Source: Cenococcum geophilum
Taxonomy: Eukaryota
DNA length: 64,000 bases
Assembly (NCBI GenBank): GCA_050273025.1
Contig: CP158635.1
Coordinates: forward strand, 3,100,001 to 3,164,000
Direction: 5' to 3'
This document shows, piece by piece, positions 29,301 to 41,929 of this stretch. Each line of letters begins with the position of its first letter. Position 1 is the stretch's first letter. The notes under the pieces were generated by a model, which ran no database searches, had not been told where the DNA came from, and saw nothing but the letters and a program-made list of their open reading frames with translations. The position numbers and the translations under genes are program-made.

Positions 29301-32300
29301 CTACTGGTTAGTAAAATGCTAAATTAACTATTTAGGGCGAAGATCTTTATAAAGTTAGATTTATAAGACGCCTATTATAGGCTCCGTATTAAAGAAGGGG
29401 ATAAGTAGAAGACCGCTTTTAAGACCTAATACGGCCACTTTAAGTATCTAGTGATGCCTTTTAGGCTAGCTAATATACCTGCAATATTCCAATCGTATAT
29501 TTACAAAGCCTTAGGGGGACTAGTTGACCGCATATACGTTATCTATTTAGATAACATTTTAATCTACTTAAAAGACGAGAATTAATACAAGTAATACGTC
29601 CGCGAAGTACTAGAACGTTTAGATAATTAGGGCCTCTACGCTAAAGTGTTAAAGTATATCTTTAATATTAAGCAGGTCGAGTTCCTAGGTTACATTGTAA
29701 TACCTATAGATGTAGTTATAGACCTAGTACGGGTGTAGACGATCTAGGAGTGGCCGGAGCTAGAGAGCTACTAGGATATTTAAGTATTTTTAGGCTTTGC
29801 CAATTTCTATAGGCGCTTTATCTATAACTACTTAAACGTTACCTAATACCTATCTAACTATATTATAGAAGCTTCCTAAGACCTGACCTAAGAAGTAAAA
29901 AGCTTAAAGGCGGTAAGGAAGAAAACTAAAAAGGGACTAACTAAATAGTATAAGCTATAGTTATAGCCTAGAAAGGTTTAGGAGGGTTTTTAGGAACTTT
30001 GCGTAAAGTTTATAAAAGCTCTATTGCTGCGGTATTTTAACCTAGATTAGCTATTAATAATGATAACTAATGTATCGAATTTTGCCCTCGCTAGTATTCT
30101 ACTGTAACTTAATAGGCATCCGGACGCTACCTAGCTCTATTAGAGACCAGTAGCATTTTATAGTAGAAAATTCTAGGGACCTAAAGTTAGGTATTATACC
30201 CATAATAAGGAACTACTAGCTATAGTCAACTGCTTTAAACAGTGGCGATACTACCTTAAGTACGCGAGCTATACCACTTATATACTCTTAGATTACTATA
30301 ATCTACGCTACTTTATAACTATAAAGGAGCTTATACCTTAATAAGCTAGATAGGCAGAGGAGCTTACGTGATTTAATTTTAAGATTGAATATAAGCCAGG
30401 AGAAAATAACCCTGCTAATAAACCGTTATGACGGCTAGACTATACTAAAGGCTTTAAAACGGGAGAAGGAAAATAGATAATAGATATCTTACTCCCTATA
30501 TTGTAGAATAAGCTCTGGGTATAGGATGCTTAAGTACCCATAGCTCTATATACCGAGTCTTAGGCGGTATAAGCCCCATTGGTTTCTACTGATGTTCTGG
30601 CTAGTACCCGGTCCGTTACTAATAAGGGTCCAAATATACCTAGATAGGACGTCCCTAATACATTCTTAGAACCTAGTAATACACTATCTCTAATTACTAA
30701 GCTATCCCCTTAAATAAATAGTGAAGCTATAGAGTAATTGGAACTTGGAGCCCTGTAATAACTAAAGGACTTTAACCTTGTAGCGGCCTTCCTAACGTAC
30801 GCGTATTGAAGAGTTATAAGATTTATAGTACTATTTAGTCTTATACTTAGAGTAGTATGGGATAAAACAGCTTTTACCTAAAAACCATTTAAAGGGTTAA
30901 TGGATCTCATCCGTAAGGTATAACGGAGGGACGCTTCCTATGCCATTCTTAATACGGAAGCAGATTGGAAACGTGATGGAAAGGAAGCTACTAGGCGCTA
31001 CTATTGGGAACTAGACCTAATAGGCCTACTGCGTAAAGGTGGTAAGGTTTAGGTACTATAAGAAGCAAATCTACGATAGAAGATTCTTATGAAGAATTAC
31101 AATAATCCTTTAGGCGGCTACTATAGTTAAGCAAAAATAGTGGAATTACTTTAGCGCAAATACTATTAGCTAAGGCTTAATTAGGAAGTAAAGGAGTATA
31201 TTAGCTATTGCGAGAAGTGTTAAGTATATAAGATCCATAGGCATAAGCCATAGGGTCTACTTAAATTAGTTCCCCCCGCTAGTGAGCTATAGCAATATTA
31301 CGCTATAGACTTTATTACGGATCTCCCGCTATTTAAAGATAGCTAAGGATAAATATATAATTCGGTCCTTGTACTTATTAATAGGTTTTTAAAGTACGTT
31401 TAATACCTTCCTATTAATAAGATAATTAATGTATAAGAGCTCGCTAACCTAATTAAGGAGAAATGCTTTCTTAAAGTAGATTAGCCGCACTCTATTATTA
31501 CTAATAGGGGTAGCGTCTTTATAAGTTAGTACTGGTCGGATCTATACTTCTATTTAAAGATAGACTACTAGTATAGTACGGCTTTCTACCTATAAATAGA
31601 TGGGTAAATGGAACGCTAGAACTAGAAACTAGAGTCTTACTTACGGATATATTTAAATTACTAGTAAGATAACTAGTGCGAGCTACTTCCGTACGCGGAG
31701 TACGCTTATAATTTAAAGCAATATATATTGTATAAGTATGCACTAATCTAGATTACCTATAGCGTTTGACTATTTAGGTTTAATAGTATACCCAATAATT
31801 ACTAGCTAAGGCCGTATAATTAGTTATAGGATCCTACTAGGAAGTTTAAGGACATCTATTAAAGAGTATAAGGATACCTTTAAAAATAGGAGGAGTAATA
31901 GAAGTATGCGAAGCAGAGCCTATAAGATGCCTAAAAGTAGTAGAGACTTTAGTATAACTATAAGTACTAGGACAAGCATTTTGGAGTAGGTAATAAGGTT
32001 CTATTACGTTTAACAAATATTAAGACCCGTTAACTATTAAAGAAGCTTAATGTAAGATACCTAGGTCCCTTTTAAGTTAAGGAATGAATTGGTAAGCTAG
32101 CCTATTGTCTCTAGCTACCCCTATCTATAGCCTATATATATTTAGTGTTTTATGTAAACCTACTAGAGCTATGGCATAGACCACCGCCGGAAAAGAACTT
32201 CTGTCTAGGTCCAATTAAACACCCTAAAGTGGTGGGCGAGCGGTATAAGGTTAAAGCTATACTATACTATAAGTCTGTTAAGAATAAGCTTTAATTTGAA

Positions 32301-32484
32301 GTTAAATGGCTAGGCTGGCCCGCTAAGAACTCTATATAGGAACCAGAGGATTACCTTAATTATTGCGAAGATATTCTAAAAAAATATTGGGACTAAGGTC
32401 TATAATCTATAAGTCGCAGAAAGCGCTCTAATACTATAGTGTTATCGCGACCTATAAAAAAAGCTCGTAAAAAGAGTAAATAGG

Positions 32485-33734
32485 TCAAATCGGATATGGA
32501 ATAAATAGGCTCCGGAAACTATAAGGATAAGGCTACAGCCTAAGGCAGGACGGGTTTTTAGCCTTTTTACGTATATAGTATAGAGTTAATAGGGCATTTT
32601 GCTAGAATTGTATTCCTATTTATTAATCTATACTAAAAACATTATTCCTAGGGCTTCTAAGCCCTTTCTGAAAGCCTTATAAGGCCTTCCTAAGTACCTA
32701 ATTAAGGTCCTTAATTGCTACTATATATAAGAACGAATCCTAAAAGTCTAAACCACAAATGCCTAATTTAAAAAGCTACTACGCCTTATTATTAGGAGTA
32801 GGATTAGTATCCATTGGGCCACTAAGTGATGGCTAACGAGAATGGGATTTAGATGCCTTAGTAGGCGTACAAGTAGGTATAAAAATAGGGGCAGGATGAT
32901 GAGGTGTAGCTAGAGCAGAGACTCTTAAACGCTTAATACTAATATTAGGTCCAAACTAATACTAATGAAGCTCTTGCGGCGTAAGCTTATAGTTAATAAA
33001 GATACGCTTAAGCCTAGAATGAATAGAGACGTTAGCTGGCTGGTATAGTCTAGAACCACCAAGACCTTACTACGGTAACTGTTAGTTACCTATCCGGTAG
33101 GTATCCGAAGGGTAACCTACCTAATAACGTATTATATTATGCTCTTTTGAAACTTAACGCGTATATGCGAACTCCTTCCTATAGTAAACAGCAACCTTCT
33201 TCTTATTACTCCTATCCTTTACCCTATCCTTAGTATACTAACCTTGCTCTTGCATTAGGCGTTACTAGCTAGCTTGCTAGGAATTATAGGTAGTGTAGAT
33301 AGCCGTAGTATAGTTTTGAATTCGGCTAAGTTGTTTAGCATTTACGCTAAAATAAGAGAGAGCCTAGGCGATATAGTAGTTAAGGATATTAAAGGAACAT
33401 CACTACTTAGGCCTAGGCTATTAAAGCTTAAAGTTAGTAATAGAAATCTATTAAGAATAGAAAAGCTCACCTTAATATAACTGCTGCTCTTGGTATATAT
33501 GCATTAATTATAAAGACTAAAGGTATTGGATTTAATGTAGTACGTCTTATTATAAGCCTCCAGAATCCTATTATTAGATTTCTAGTCTTTTAAAGACGTA
33601 TAGGTAAAATTATTTAGGTAAGACTAGCACTAGTTATAAGTTAGCGGAGGTTAGGGTTCTATATATAAAGGTAGGGCTAGGATACGCTATAAAATCTACT
33701 TAGAAGAGCAGTTAGTAGGAGAACGAAGAGGTAT
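32485..33734 (-). pseudogene. Three-exon antisense cargo gene inside element B (about 384 aa, unknown function, RIP-mutated)
   Basis: Phase-0 introns 33427-33470 (GTGAGC..CTAAC..AAG) and 33070-33120 (GTAGGT..CTAAC..TAG). Exons of 264, 306 and 585 nt keep one frame; internal stops are explicable as transitions from CAA, CAG, CGA or TGG. Confidence 0.65.
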
Positions 33735-34784
33735 ATTAAATTATTAATGGAAAAAAAGAAAATCTTAATAATATATTGAAGATACGTCCAAAATTGGATA
33801 AAGGTTAATAATGGGAAAGTAAGGTGTTAAGGAAAAGGAGCTGCTTAATAAGTAAAGGTGTCCTTATACTTTACCGTCTAATACCCTTCTAGTAAATAGC
33901 CGCAACCTTACTAATATAACTCCGTTATAATAGCGCTATTTAAAAGGAAGGAAACACGCGTATAAGTTATTTAACTATTACTTCCTTATAAAAACTAACT
34001 ACGTAGCTAGGGGAAGGCAATTAAGACGTTAAATTAAAGACATATATGGGTTAAATTAGACCTAAAACGATACTATAGTATTAAAGAATAACGTTATAGA
34101 CGTTCTTGATAATCGTATAATAGCTATAATTACTATTATAAAATGTCCCTATTTGCTAGGTAGTAGAGCTACGCTAAATATACGGCATAGGACTACCAGA
34201 TTTAAAACTATATACACCAAATCTTAAGAGATAAGTCTCTTTAACTAACTAATTAATACCTTAACCGTATTTAATAGCCTAAGGGTAAATGTGGGAATAA
34301 TACGTTAGTGACGTAGAGGATTATAAGAAAAGGATTATAAGAAAGAATTATAGATTATATCTTAGCAGTTAAAGACAATGGTAAGCTAAGGCTCTATATG
34401 TTAAATCCCATACCAAAAGGTTCTATAAAACTATATTGGAATATTAAATTGCCTATAATACTTATGATTAATTATAGACTAGCATAAAGGCTTAGAAGTA
34501 GAGTTGCATAAAAATCCCTATATTAGCCTAGGTAGTCACCGGTATACTTCCGGTAGACTTCTGATAGGTTTTCTAGCAATCCTCGCGTCTTTTCTCCAGT
34601 CACGTTTTTCCCTTATTAAGGTTTTTTAGGAGTTTAAAGCAGGGGTTAGATAGATAGATAATATACAGCGGCATGCTAATACCTCTTTAATATCTCTCCG
34701 AACCTCTTCTGGGACGAGCCCTTATAATCTCCCTACCGCAAGGTAATAGCGATTGGGGGCCGACCGTAAGAAGGGGGGGGGCAA

Positions 34785-34999
34785 TATAAGGGATATTATT
34801 GCGGACACCTTAGGTTGCCCTCAGGACAACCCCCAGACGCCCCTTAGATGGTCGCCGGTCACATGCCAAAGGCACGTACCCGTAGTATATAATCTCCATA
34901 ATCCCAAAGGCCTTACCTCCTCAAGGATTCGTCTCTCTTACCAATCTATCCTATTCCAATCGTGTCCTTATAGCCCCCTGTCTACAAGATCCCCTTACA
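34785..34999 (+). repeat. 3' LTR of element B
   Basis: Follows the PPT; the start has decayed from TGTAAG to TATAAG; ends CCCTTACA. Confidence 0.95.
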
Positions 35000-37900
35000 T
35001 TTACCTACTGTTCTATTAATTTCTGGGCCTTTTTTAGGTTCGTATAGGCTACTTTCTAAACTTCTTCTAAGCGCTTAGCGTACTACTAGGCTTCCTTATA
35101 AGATAGTTTTTCGCGTATAGTCTAGGGCCCTTCTAGTCTTTTCTAGTTAAAGCTTATATAGGGTAAGTAACCCATTTCTAGTTAAATAGGGGCAAATCTG
35201 GTAGAGTTATAGGGTAGGGTCGCTTAGGCGTAGTCTATTAAAGGCAATAGTTTAGCCTAGTTATTTTAGAAGTAGTTAATAAAAGGCCGGAGTCTCTAGT
35301 CTAAGTATTAATTTATAATCTCCGTTTAACTGTCTATCTAGGGGTAATATACCGTAAAAAGCTTTAGCTTAATACCTAGAATTTAGGTAAACTTATTTCA
35401 AAAGGCTAATATAAACTACGGCCTATAGTTAGATATAATAGTATTTAGTAGTCTATAAATTTAGTAGACGTAGTAAATATACAGTTAGGCTGCCTCTTTA
35501 GCATTAATATTCTTATAATAGGGAATTAAGAACGGGCGCTTACTAAAGTAGTTAACTAGGATTATAACTATATTATATCCGTTATGGTTTAGAGGTAGCT
35601 TATAAAAGTCTATAGAGACATATTACTAAAGGTAGTTAGGTATTAGGAGGGGTTTTAATAATCCTAGGGTCTTATCTTATGGGATTATAGACCTATAGCA
35701 GTCGTTGCAGTTCTGTATATAGCGGTCGATATCTATAACTATTTCGGGCCAGTAATAGCGGTCGCCAATAATCCTATAGGTCTTATTCTTTCTAGAGTAG
35801 GCCATAAAAACCTAGGTATATGCTTTAGTAATAAGCCGAGTCCGTAAGTTCTATTTTTTTACTACTACTAGCCGTTCCTAATACTTAAGTAATCCATTTT
35901 TAAGGGACTATAGGCTGGTAACGTTCTTTACCTTTTTACGGTACTTCTATAGAGAAGGGGCCATACAGTTTATCTACAGCAATTTGTTAATTAAGTTAAG
36001 TCCTAAAGGGTTAATAGGATATATCTTAGCGCCTAAGGGGTCTATACTTAGTTCTGCCTATATTTAAGGGTTAAGGTACTCTAGTCGTAGTAGCGTCTAG
36101 GTCTATAATAAGATCTTCGTAGCCGTATAGTTACCTAGGTCTTATTCGCGCCTAGTAAAAGTATCTACACGGTTTATAGCGCCTGGTCTATATATAATTA
36201 AGAAGTTAAACTAAGATAGAATATCCGCCTAGCGTACCTACTAGGCTGTAAGGGCCTTAGTTATTATAAAGTATTCTAGGGCCTTATAATCTAATACTAC
36301 TTTAATAGGTTTAGGGGTCCCCTCTAGCTGTATACGCAAGTGCTAAAAGCTAAAGATAATAGCTAGTATTTCTTTATTATAGATGTGGTAGTTTAGTTTA
36401 GTATCTATTATAGTCTTTAAATAGTATATAATAGGGTGCCATTCTCCATCCGGTTGCTTTTAGGAAAAAATACCGGCTATTACGCCGTTTAAGGCATTAG
36501 TTTCTAGCATTAAGGGCCGTTTTAGGTTAAAGTAGGTAAGTAGGGGGGCCGATACTAGCCATTTTTTAAGCTTATTAAAGGCCTGTATATATATAGCGTT
36601 AAAGTAAAAGGGCTAGTCTTTTCTAGTAAGGTGGTTAAGAGGCCGGGTAATCCTGCTATAGTTCTTAATAAAGCGTTAGTAGAAGTTATAGAAACCTAAA
36701 AACGATTATACCCCCTTTACGGTCTATAGGGGCGTCCACTAGTTAATTACGGTCGTTTTCTCTAGGTCGGCCTTAATTCCATTTATGCTAATAATAAAAC
36801 CTAGGTACTTTATACGCTTAACACTAAATTCTAACTTCTTAATATTAGCCTAAAGGCTAGCTTCGCGGAGCCGTTATAAGACTTTATAGACATGCTCCTT
36901 ATATTCCAGTTTGTTCTTTAAATAGATTATAATATTATCTAGATAGGCCGTATAGAAGTTGTTAAGGTAGTTAAAGAGTATATCGTTTATATACCGCTGG
37001 TACATAGCTAGTCCGTTAGTTAGTCTAAAAGGAAGTACCTTATATTTATACGTCCTATAACGGGTCCGGAATATAATAAAATTCTTAAACTTAGGGTTTA
37101 TTCTAATTTAGTAAAAGGCCTAGCGGATATTAAGCTTTATAAAAACCTTAGCTCTACTTATTTAGGTAAGAGTCTTATTAAGTAAGGGCAGTAGGTAGCG
37201 GTCCTTGCGGGTTATATTATTTAGCTTATAGTAGTTAATACAGAAGCGCAGTCCTCTATTTAGCTTTTTAATAAAGAGAATAGGTAAGTTAAAAGGGGCT
37301 TAGCTAGGCTTAATAAAGCCCTTATTTAGGTTATTAATAAGGTACTACTTTATAGCCTATAATTCGGCAATAGACTATAGGTAGAGAGGGCTAAAGCTAA
37401 GGGTGCTTCCCTTATCTTGCTTAATCTCAATCTTATAGTTATATAGTTAATAAGGTAAAAGCATATTAGACACTGCCTTAGAGAATATATCCTTAAATTT
37501 CCGGTGTTAATTAGGCAGTTTTTACTCTATTAGTTCTTTATCTATAAGCCCGCTTTCTTATCTACTAAGCTTACTTTCCTTTTCTTTAATTATTTAGTTA
37601 ATTTTGTATAGGCTAGTTATAAAGGTAACGGTATTAGGCTAAACTAGGTTCTAGTAGAATCCTATAGCGCTAATATAGTAGACATTAACTAGTGGGAGGT
37701 CCGTAGGTTTCTTTAGCGTCTATTAAGCCGTGGTTTACGGTATAGGGTTTATAGTCTTCCTTAGCTTATATTCCATTTTCCGTAAATTATCCTTCCTATT
37801 TATTAGTTTAGTATAGTGTCTAATATCCCTAGCTTTCCTTTATAGCTTTATAGGGTTCTTTATAGGGAACTTAGCTAGGTTACTACTAACTTCCTAGGTC

Positions 37901-39852
37901 TTTAGTACGGGTAGCGTAATATAAGTAGTCTAGGGGTAGTGTAGTATATAGATCCGTTACGGGTTAAGCTATACGTCCTTCTTAAAGGCCTAGTCTTTAC
38001 GTATAGCATCGGCCTAGTAAATGGTATTAATCTAAGGCTGTATAAGGTTTTCTATTATAATACTAATTTCTTTTATAAAGGAAGGGGTTAGGGGTAGAGT
38101 TTTGGGCTAGATAAGCCGTCTGCTCTATACTTTAAGCTATAAGCCTAAATAGGCTAGCCATTTTCTTTTTAAGATTATATTATAGCTTCCTAAGTCTATA
38201 ATAAGAAAGGGGATATTATACTACCTTCGTCTATTAACGCGGAGGTGGATCCGCAAGATAATTATAATAGGTAGCCCTATCTGTCCGTTATAACCGCGAA
38301 TAGGGATTAGTTTAGGCAGTTCTTTAAGGGGTATATTTAAAAAGTTAGCCAGTTTTATAGCGCACTTTGTGTTAATTAAAGTAAAGATATTTACTTCTAA
38401 GTTAGCTAAAGTAGAGGTTAAAACTTAATATCTATTATAAAATAAAGTATAAGGGATAATGTAGCTTCTTTTACTAACTAGCTAACCTAGATTAATATAT
38501 AATATATCGATCCCTTTTAACCCTAGAGAGGAGTCTTCCTCTAGGGTTCCTCTTTTTCTGGCTCTATATTATCCTCCTAAATTAATAAAACCTTGTTTAT
38601 TTTTACCTTTATTAGGTAGTTCCTTATAGGATAGCCTATTTAACTATATAAGAAGTAAGCTCCTTAATCGCTAAGGGCCTATATATTAGGGTCACTATAT
38701 ATAGGCCGAGTGTACACTAGGCCTATAGTAGGGGTAGCTATATAGCTAGCTGCCGGGTTAGCTATAGGAGTTGCCGATTATACTAGGGCACTATAGGCCG
38801 TACTCGCAGTTCTTATAGCCTAGTTTATAAGGTTTTTAGTTTTTAGCCGGTTAACATATACCTTAATTTAACGGAGGCCTTAGTTAATAGCTAGGCAATA
38901 GTCTATAAGTTTCTTTAACGTCTATACTATAGTATAAGCTAGTAATATAGCCTACTATAGGTCTAGGGTAAGCTTATTAAAGAGGTCTAGTAGTAGGTCT
39001 TCCTAGGAGATCTAGGCCTATCTAGCTAGGTATAAAAAGCGGGTTTAGAAGGCTAAAAAGGTCTCCGTTATTTTTATGTTTAGGCTTTTATAGCTAAGGC
39101 AAGCGTTTTATACTTTAAAAGGGTCTTTATAAATAAAAGATAAGTATTTAATTATTTCTTCTTTAAAGATAAAGGGGTCTATTAAGTCTTTAGTATATCG
39201 CGGGCGTAAATGCGTCTAGGTGTCTTCGCTAGTACAGCTAAAGACATAGGCCATTTTAGCTTAGGCATTAGGGAAGTAGTCTATATTAACTTTAAGCTTA
39301 TCCTATAATTAAAGCTTCTAATTATTAAATATAGGGTCGGTTCCATCTGTAAGTAGTAGGGGGTCCACAACCTTTATTAACCGCTTTAGTGCTATATAGG
39401 CCTTAGTAGATCCACTAAGGCGCTAGGATAGGGCCTAAAGGACTATAGTAAGTCTTTAGTTATCTAATAATAACTTATTATTAGATATAGGGGTATCTCT
39501 AGCTTTAAGTAGCTCTCGTAATTATTTAATTTTGGTATTAGCAGCCGCAAGCTCCGCCTAGGGGGTTAAAACGTTAATTATTTCTTCGTCTAAAGTATTT
39601 AAGGGTCCTACAGCTGCTTTACCTACTGCTGTAGTTTGTGGTATGGTAGTAGGGGTATTAGGTAATTCTAGGTAATTTCTTTAGGGGTTCTAGTCTATGC
39701 GTATCTTATGGGTCCTTTCCTTAGGATTCTATTCTTTTCTTTTAGGTCCTGTCCTTATAGTCCTAGTAATATCCTTAGGGTCCTATTCTATATTCTTATA
39801 GATATATTTAAGTTCCTTCTTAGGAAGAAAGAGTAGAGTAAGCTTTAGATAA

Positions 39853-40079
39853 TGTTAGCGACTTAGTTAATTAAGACATAAGTACAGCAAAAGGGTCGCG
39901 CAAGCCTGTACGATTGGATTATCTATAAACGAGAATCTAAAGCTAAAGAAAGGAAAGGAGAAGAAGGGGAGCGCCGCTCGAAGCTATATACGATCTTCGC
40001 GTCACGTGACCGCAATATGCGGCAATCTGTGGCAACTTGCCGGTGCGTAGTTCTGCCAAGTTCTGCCAGTGCCGTAACA
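39853..40079 (-). repeat. 5' LTR of element A
   Basis: Direct repeat of 25198-25424 with TG..CA ends. Confidence 0.95.
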
Positions 40080-40090
40080 AGTACGGTTTT

Positions 40091-40276
40091 TGTGACGGCG
40101 CTGGGGCACCGCCCCTGCAACGTCTACATGCAGCCTAGTCAGGGGCTCGCTTAGAGACTTGGCTCGTGTATATAGACCTGTCCTTTCCTCGACCTCCTTC
40201 TGCTCCTTAGCTTAGTATCTTCGTAATATAGCATTCTACAAGCTTCGGTTCAGAGGCATTTGTACGAGCCGTAACA
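40091..40276. mobile_element. Solo LTR of a third retrotransposon family, 186 bp
   Basis: TGTGACGG...CCGTAACA termini flanked by identical GTTTT (40086-40090, 40277-40281); internal TATATA; no partner LTR in the window. Confidence 0.85.
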
Positions 40277-40424
40277 GTTTTTATAGCAAACCCCTTTACC
40301 ACATTCTTAGTACATCTAATTATTACTAAAATAGATAGTTTGTCGTAGTAAAACCTTTTCTTATATTACCTATGCTTATATGTTAAGCCGAGCCTTCTCT
40401 ATATTGTTATTAAAATTATCTATA

Positions 40425-40850
40425 ACGTATTCCACCACCGAGCCGGCAGAACCACCGAGCCGGCAGATCCATTTCCCCACTAAAAATCGTAAAAATCACA
40501 ATATAATATCTTAACAACCACTTAATAATAAATTCTAATAATTTAGATTTAGACTTTTATATACACTCTGCAGCTTCTATTAAAGTTGCATAGTATATAG
40601 GTTAGTAGTTTTTAAGATATAGTAATTTGGCCATATTTTGGCCCCCAAATTTTAATATCTTAAAAACTACTAACCTATATACTATGCAACTTTAATAGAA
40701 GCTGCAGAGTGTATATAAAAGTCTAAATCTAAATTATTAGAATTTATTATTAAGTGGTTGTTAAGATATTATATTGTGATTTTTACGATTTTTGGTGGGG
40801 AAATGGATCTGCCGGCTCGGTGGTTCTGCCGGCTCGGTGGTGGAATACGT
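40425..40850. mobile_element. Palindromic pogo/Tc1-mariner-type MITE, 426 bp
   Basis: 196-bp inverted arms (40425-40620 / 40655-40850) with one mismatch seen; ACGT termini; TA TSD on both sides; duplicated subterminal CCACCGAGCCGGCAGA. Confidence 0.92.
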
Positions 40851-41929
40851 TACCGGTATAGATATAGAATCGCCTACCTAAGGCATCTTAAATAAGGGTA
40901 TATTTAGTGCTTATATTCCGCTTAAGAAATCCCACTTTTAAATTAACAGCTAAAGTTATAGTAATTATACAGTAAGCTAAAGAGAAGACCTTTTCTATAC
41001 GCCTAAATTCGCGTTTCTAATATTTCTATTATCCTTATATTAGATTATATATACAGTCAATCGAGTAGCGCTTCCAATACGAACACTATAAAATATCGCG
41101 ATAGAGCCTTGATTATATAAAACTATTTATTAATATCGTAGATAATGCTGCGTGATGCCTTTTATTAAGAAAATGCCTGCATTTGAGCATTTGAGGCATT
41201 GGTTTTGATGTTCAAAACCGTAAAGAGCCCATAAGCTACGTTAGGGAAATAGTAGGGTAATGTTTTCCTAAGAATGGGAAGACGGCGAGTTCAAATGGGA
41301 TTTGAGATTTATAGTGACAAACATAGCTATTTGCATGCAGATTTAGTGATATGGTAATACGCTAAGATTTTAGTCTAAAGGATATATAATGTGCGGAGAT
41401 TCGGAGAAACGACATAACTTTAAGTACACTCTGACACTTTCAGACGAAATTTGAGAGTGGTGGGAGTGTCTGTCGTTGAACAGCTTAAACCCGCTTATTT
41501 GGCTTTTGAGAGATAATTCGGACCTTGGTAGATAAGAGCGCTCGCGGATAGACAGGTAGGAAAGTATCCGCGTTCAAACTATGACTTGTATAATGGAAAA
41601 TGCATGCTAGAAGGACACGAGACACCTAGCTTCTTGATGACAAGTACATGATGATATGACCCATAAGGTTACCGCTTCTCATCCATTTTTGTATGTGCAA
41701 ATGCGAACTCATCTGGAAGTCCTCTGTAAAACTGGACGAGTAACTCTCCTCTCATAAAGCCTCGCACGCCTCGTAACATCATCCAGACCCACACTTACCT
41801 GTTAAAACGCCTCTACAATGCACCCACACGATCCAAAAACTACAGAAGCATCCACACTGATTTCCGACCCAATACGCGCATTCAAACCCATTCCTCTCCA
41901 AGAAAGACAGAATCATACCGAGTCTCACT

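Larger units (their letters stand above)
26104..34999 (+). mobile_element. Ty3/Gypsy chromovirus LTR retrotransposon B nested in element A, RIP-inactivated
   Basis: 215-bp LTRs at 26104-26318 and 34785-34999; TSD TTTAC (26099-26103, 35000-35004); PPT at 34768-34781; protease DSG at 28185-28193; RT YLDNI at 29544-29558; RNase H and integrase remnants; chromodomain (FEVKWLGWP..NS..EP) at about 32240-32395; pol stop at 32481-32483. Confidence 0.95.
25198..40079 (-). mobile_element. Ty3/Gypsy chromovirus LTR retrotransposon A, full length, RIP-inactivated
   Basis: 227-bp TG..CA LTRs at 25198-25424 and 39853-40079; 5-bp TSD AGTAC (25193-25197, 40080-40084); polypurine tract at about 25427-25439 on the minus strand; RT YLDNII at 36931-36945; RNase H and integrase remnants; chromodomain remnant at about 25640-25825. 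Confidence 0.95.
24450..41060 (-). pseudogene. RIP-mutated HET-domain (heterokaryon incompatibility-type) gene split by transposons
   Basis: Segments 40851-41060, 40282-40424 and 24450-25197 join in frame once the insertions and one TSD copy each are removed. They read as decayed RMEKVFSSAYCTIAA, LNTRAWVMQE, RTIHF..QMYWECGEG, RNLLWQ and PSWSWMAY motifs (de-RIPed by eye). Confidence 0.8.

Noticed and set aside
25461..40120. Short ORF-track ORFs within the AT-rich block
   Set aside because: Chance frames in RIP-mutated retrotransposon DNA.
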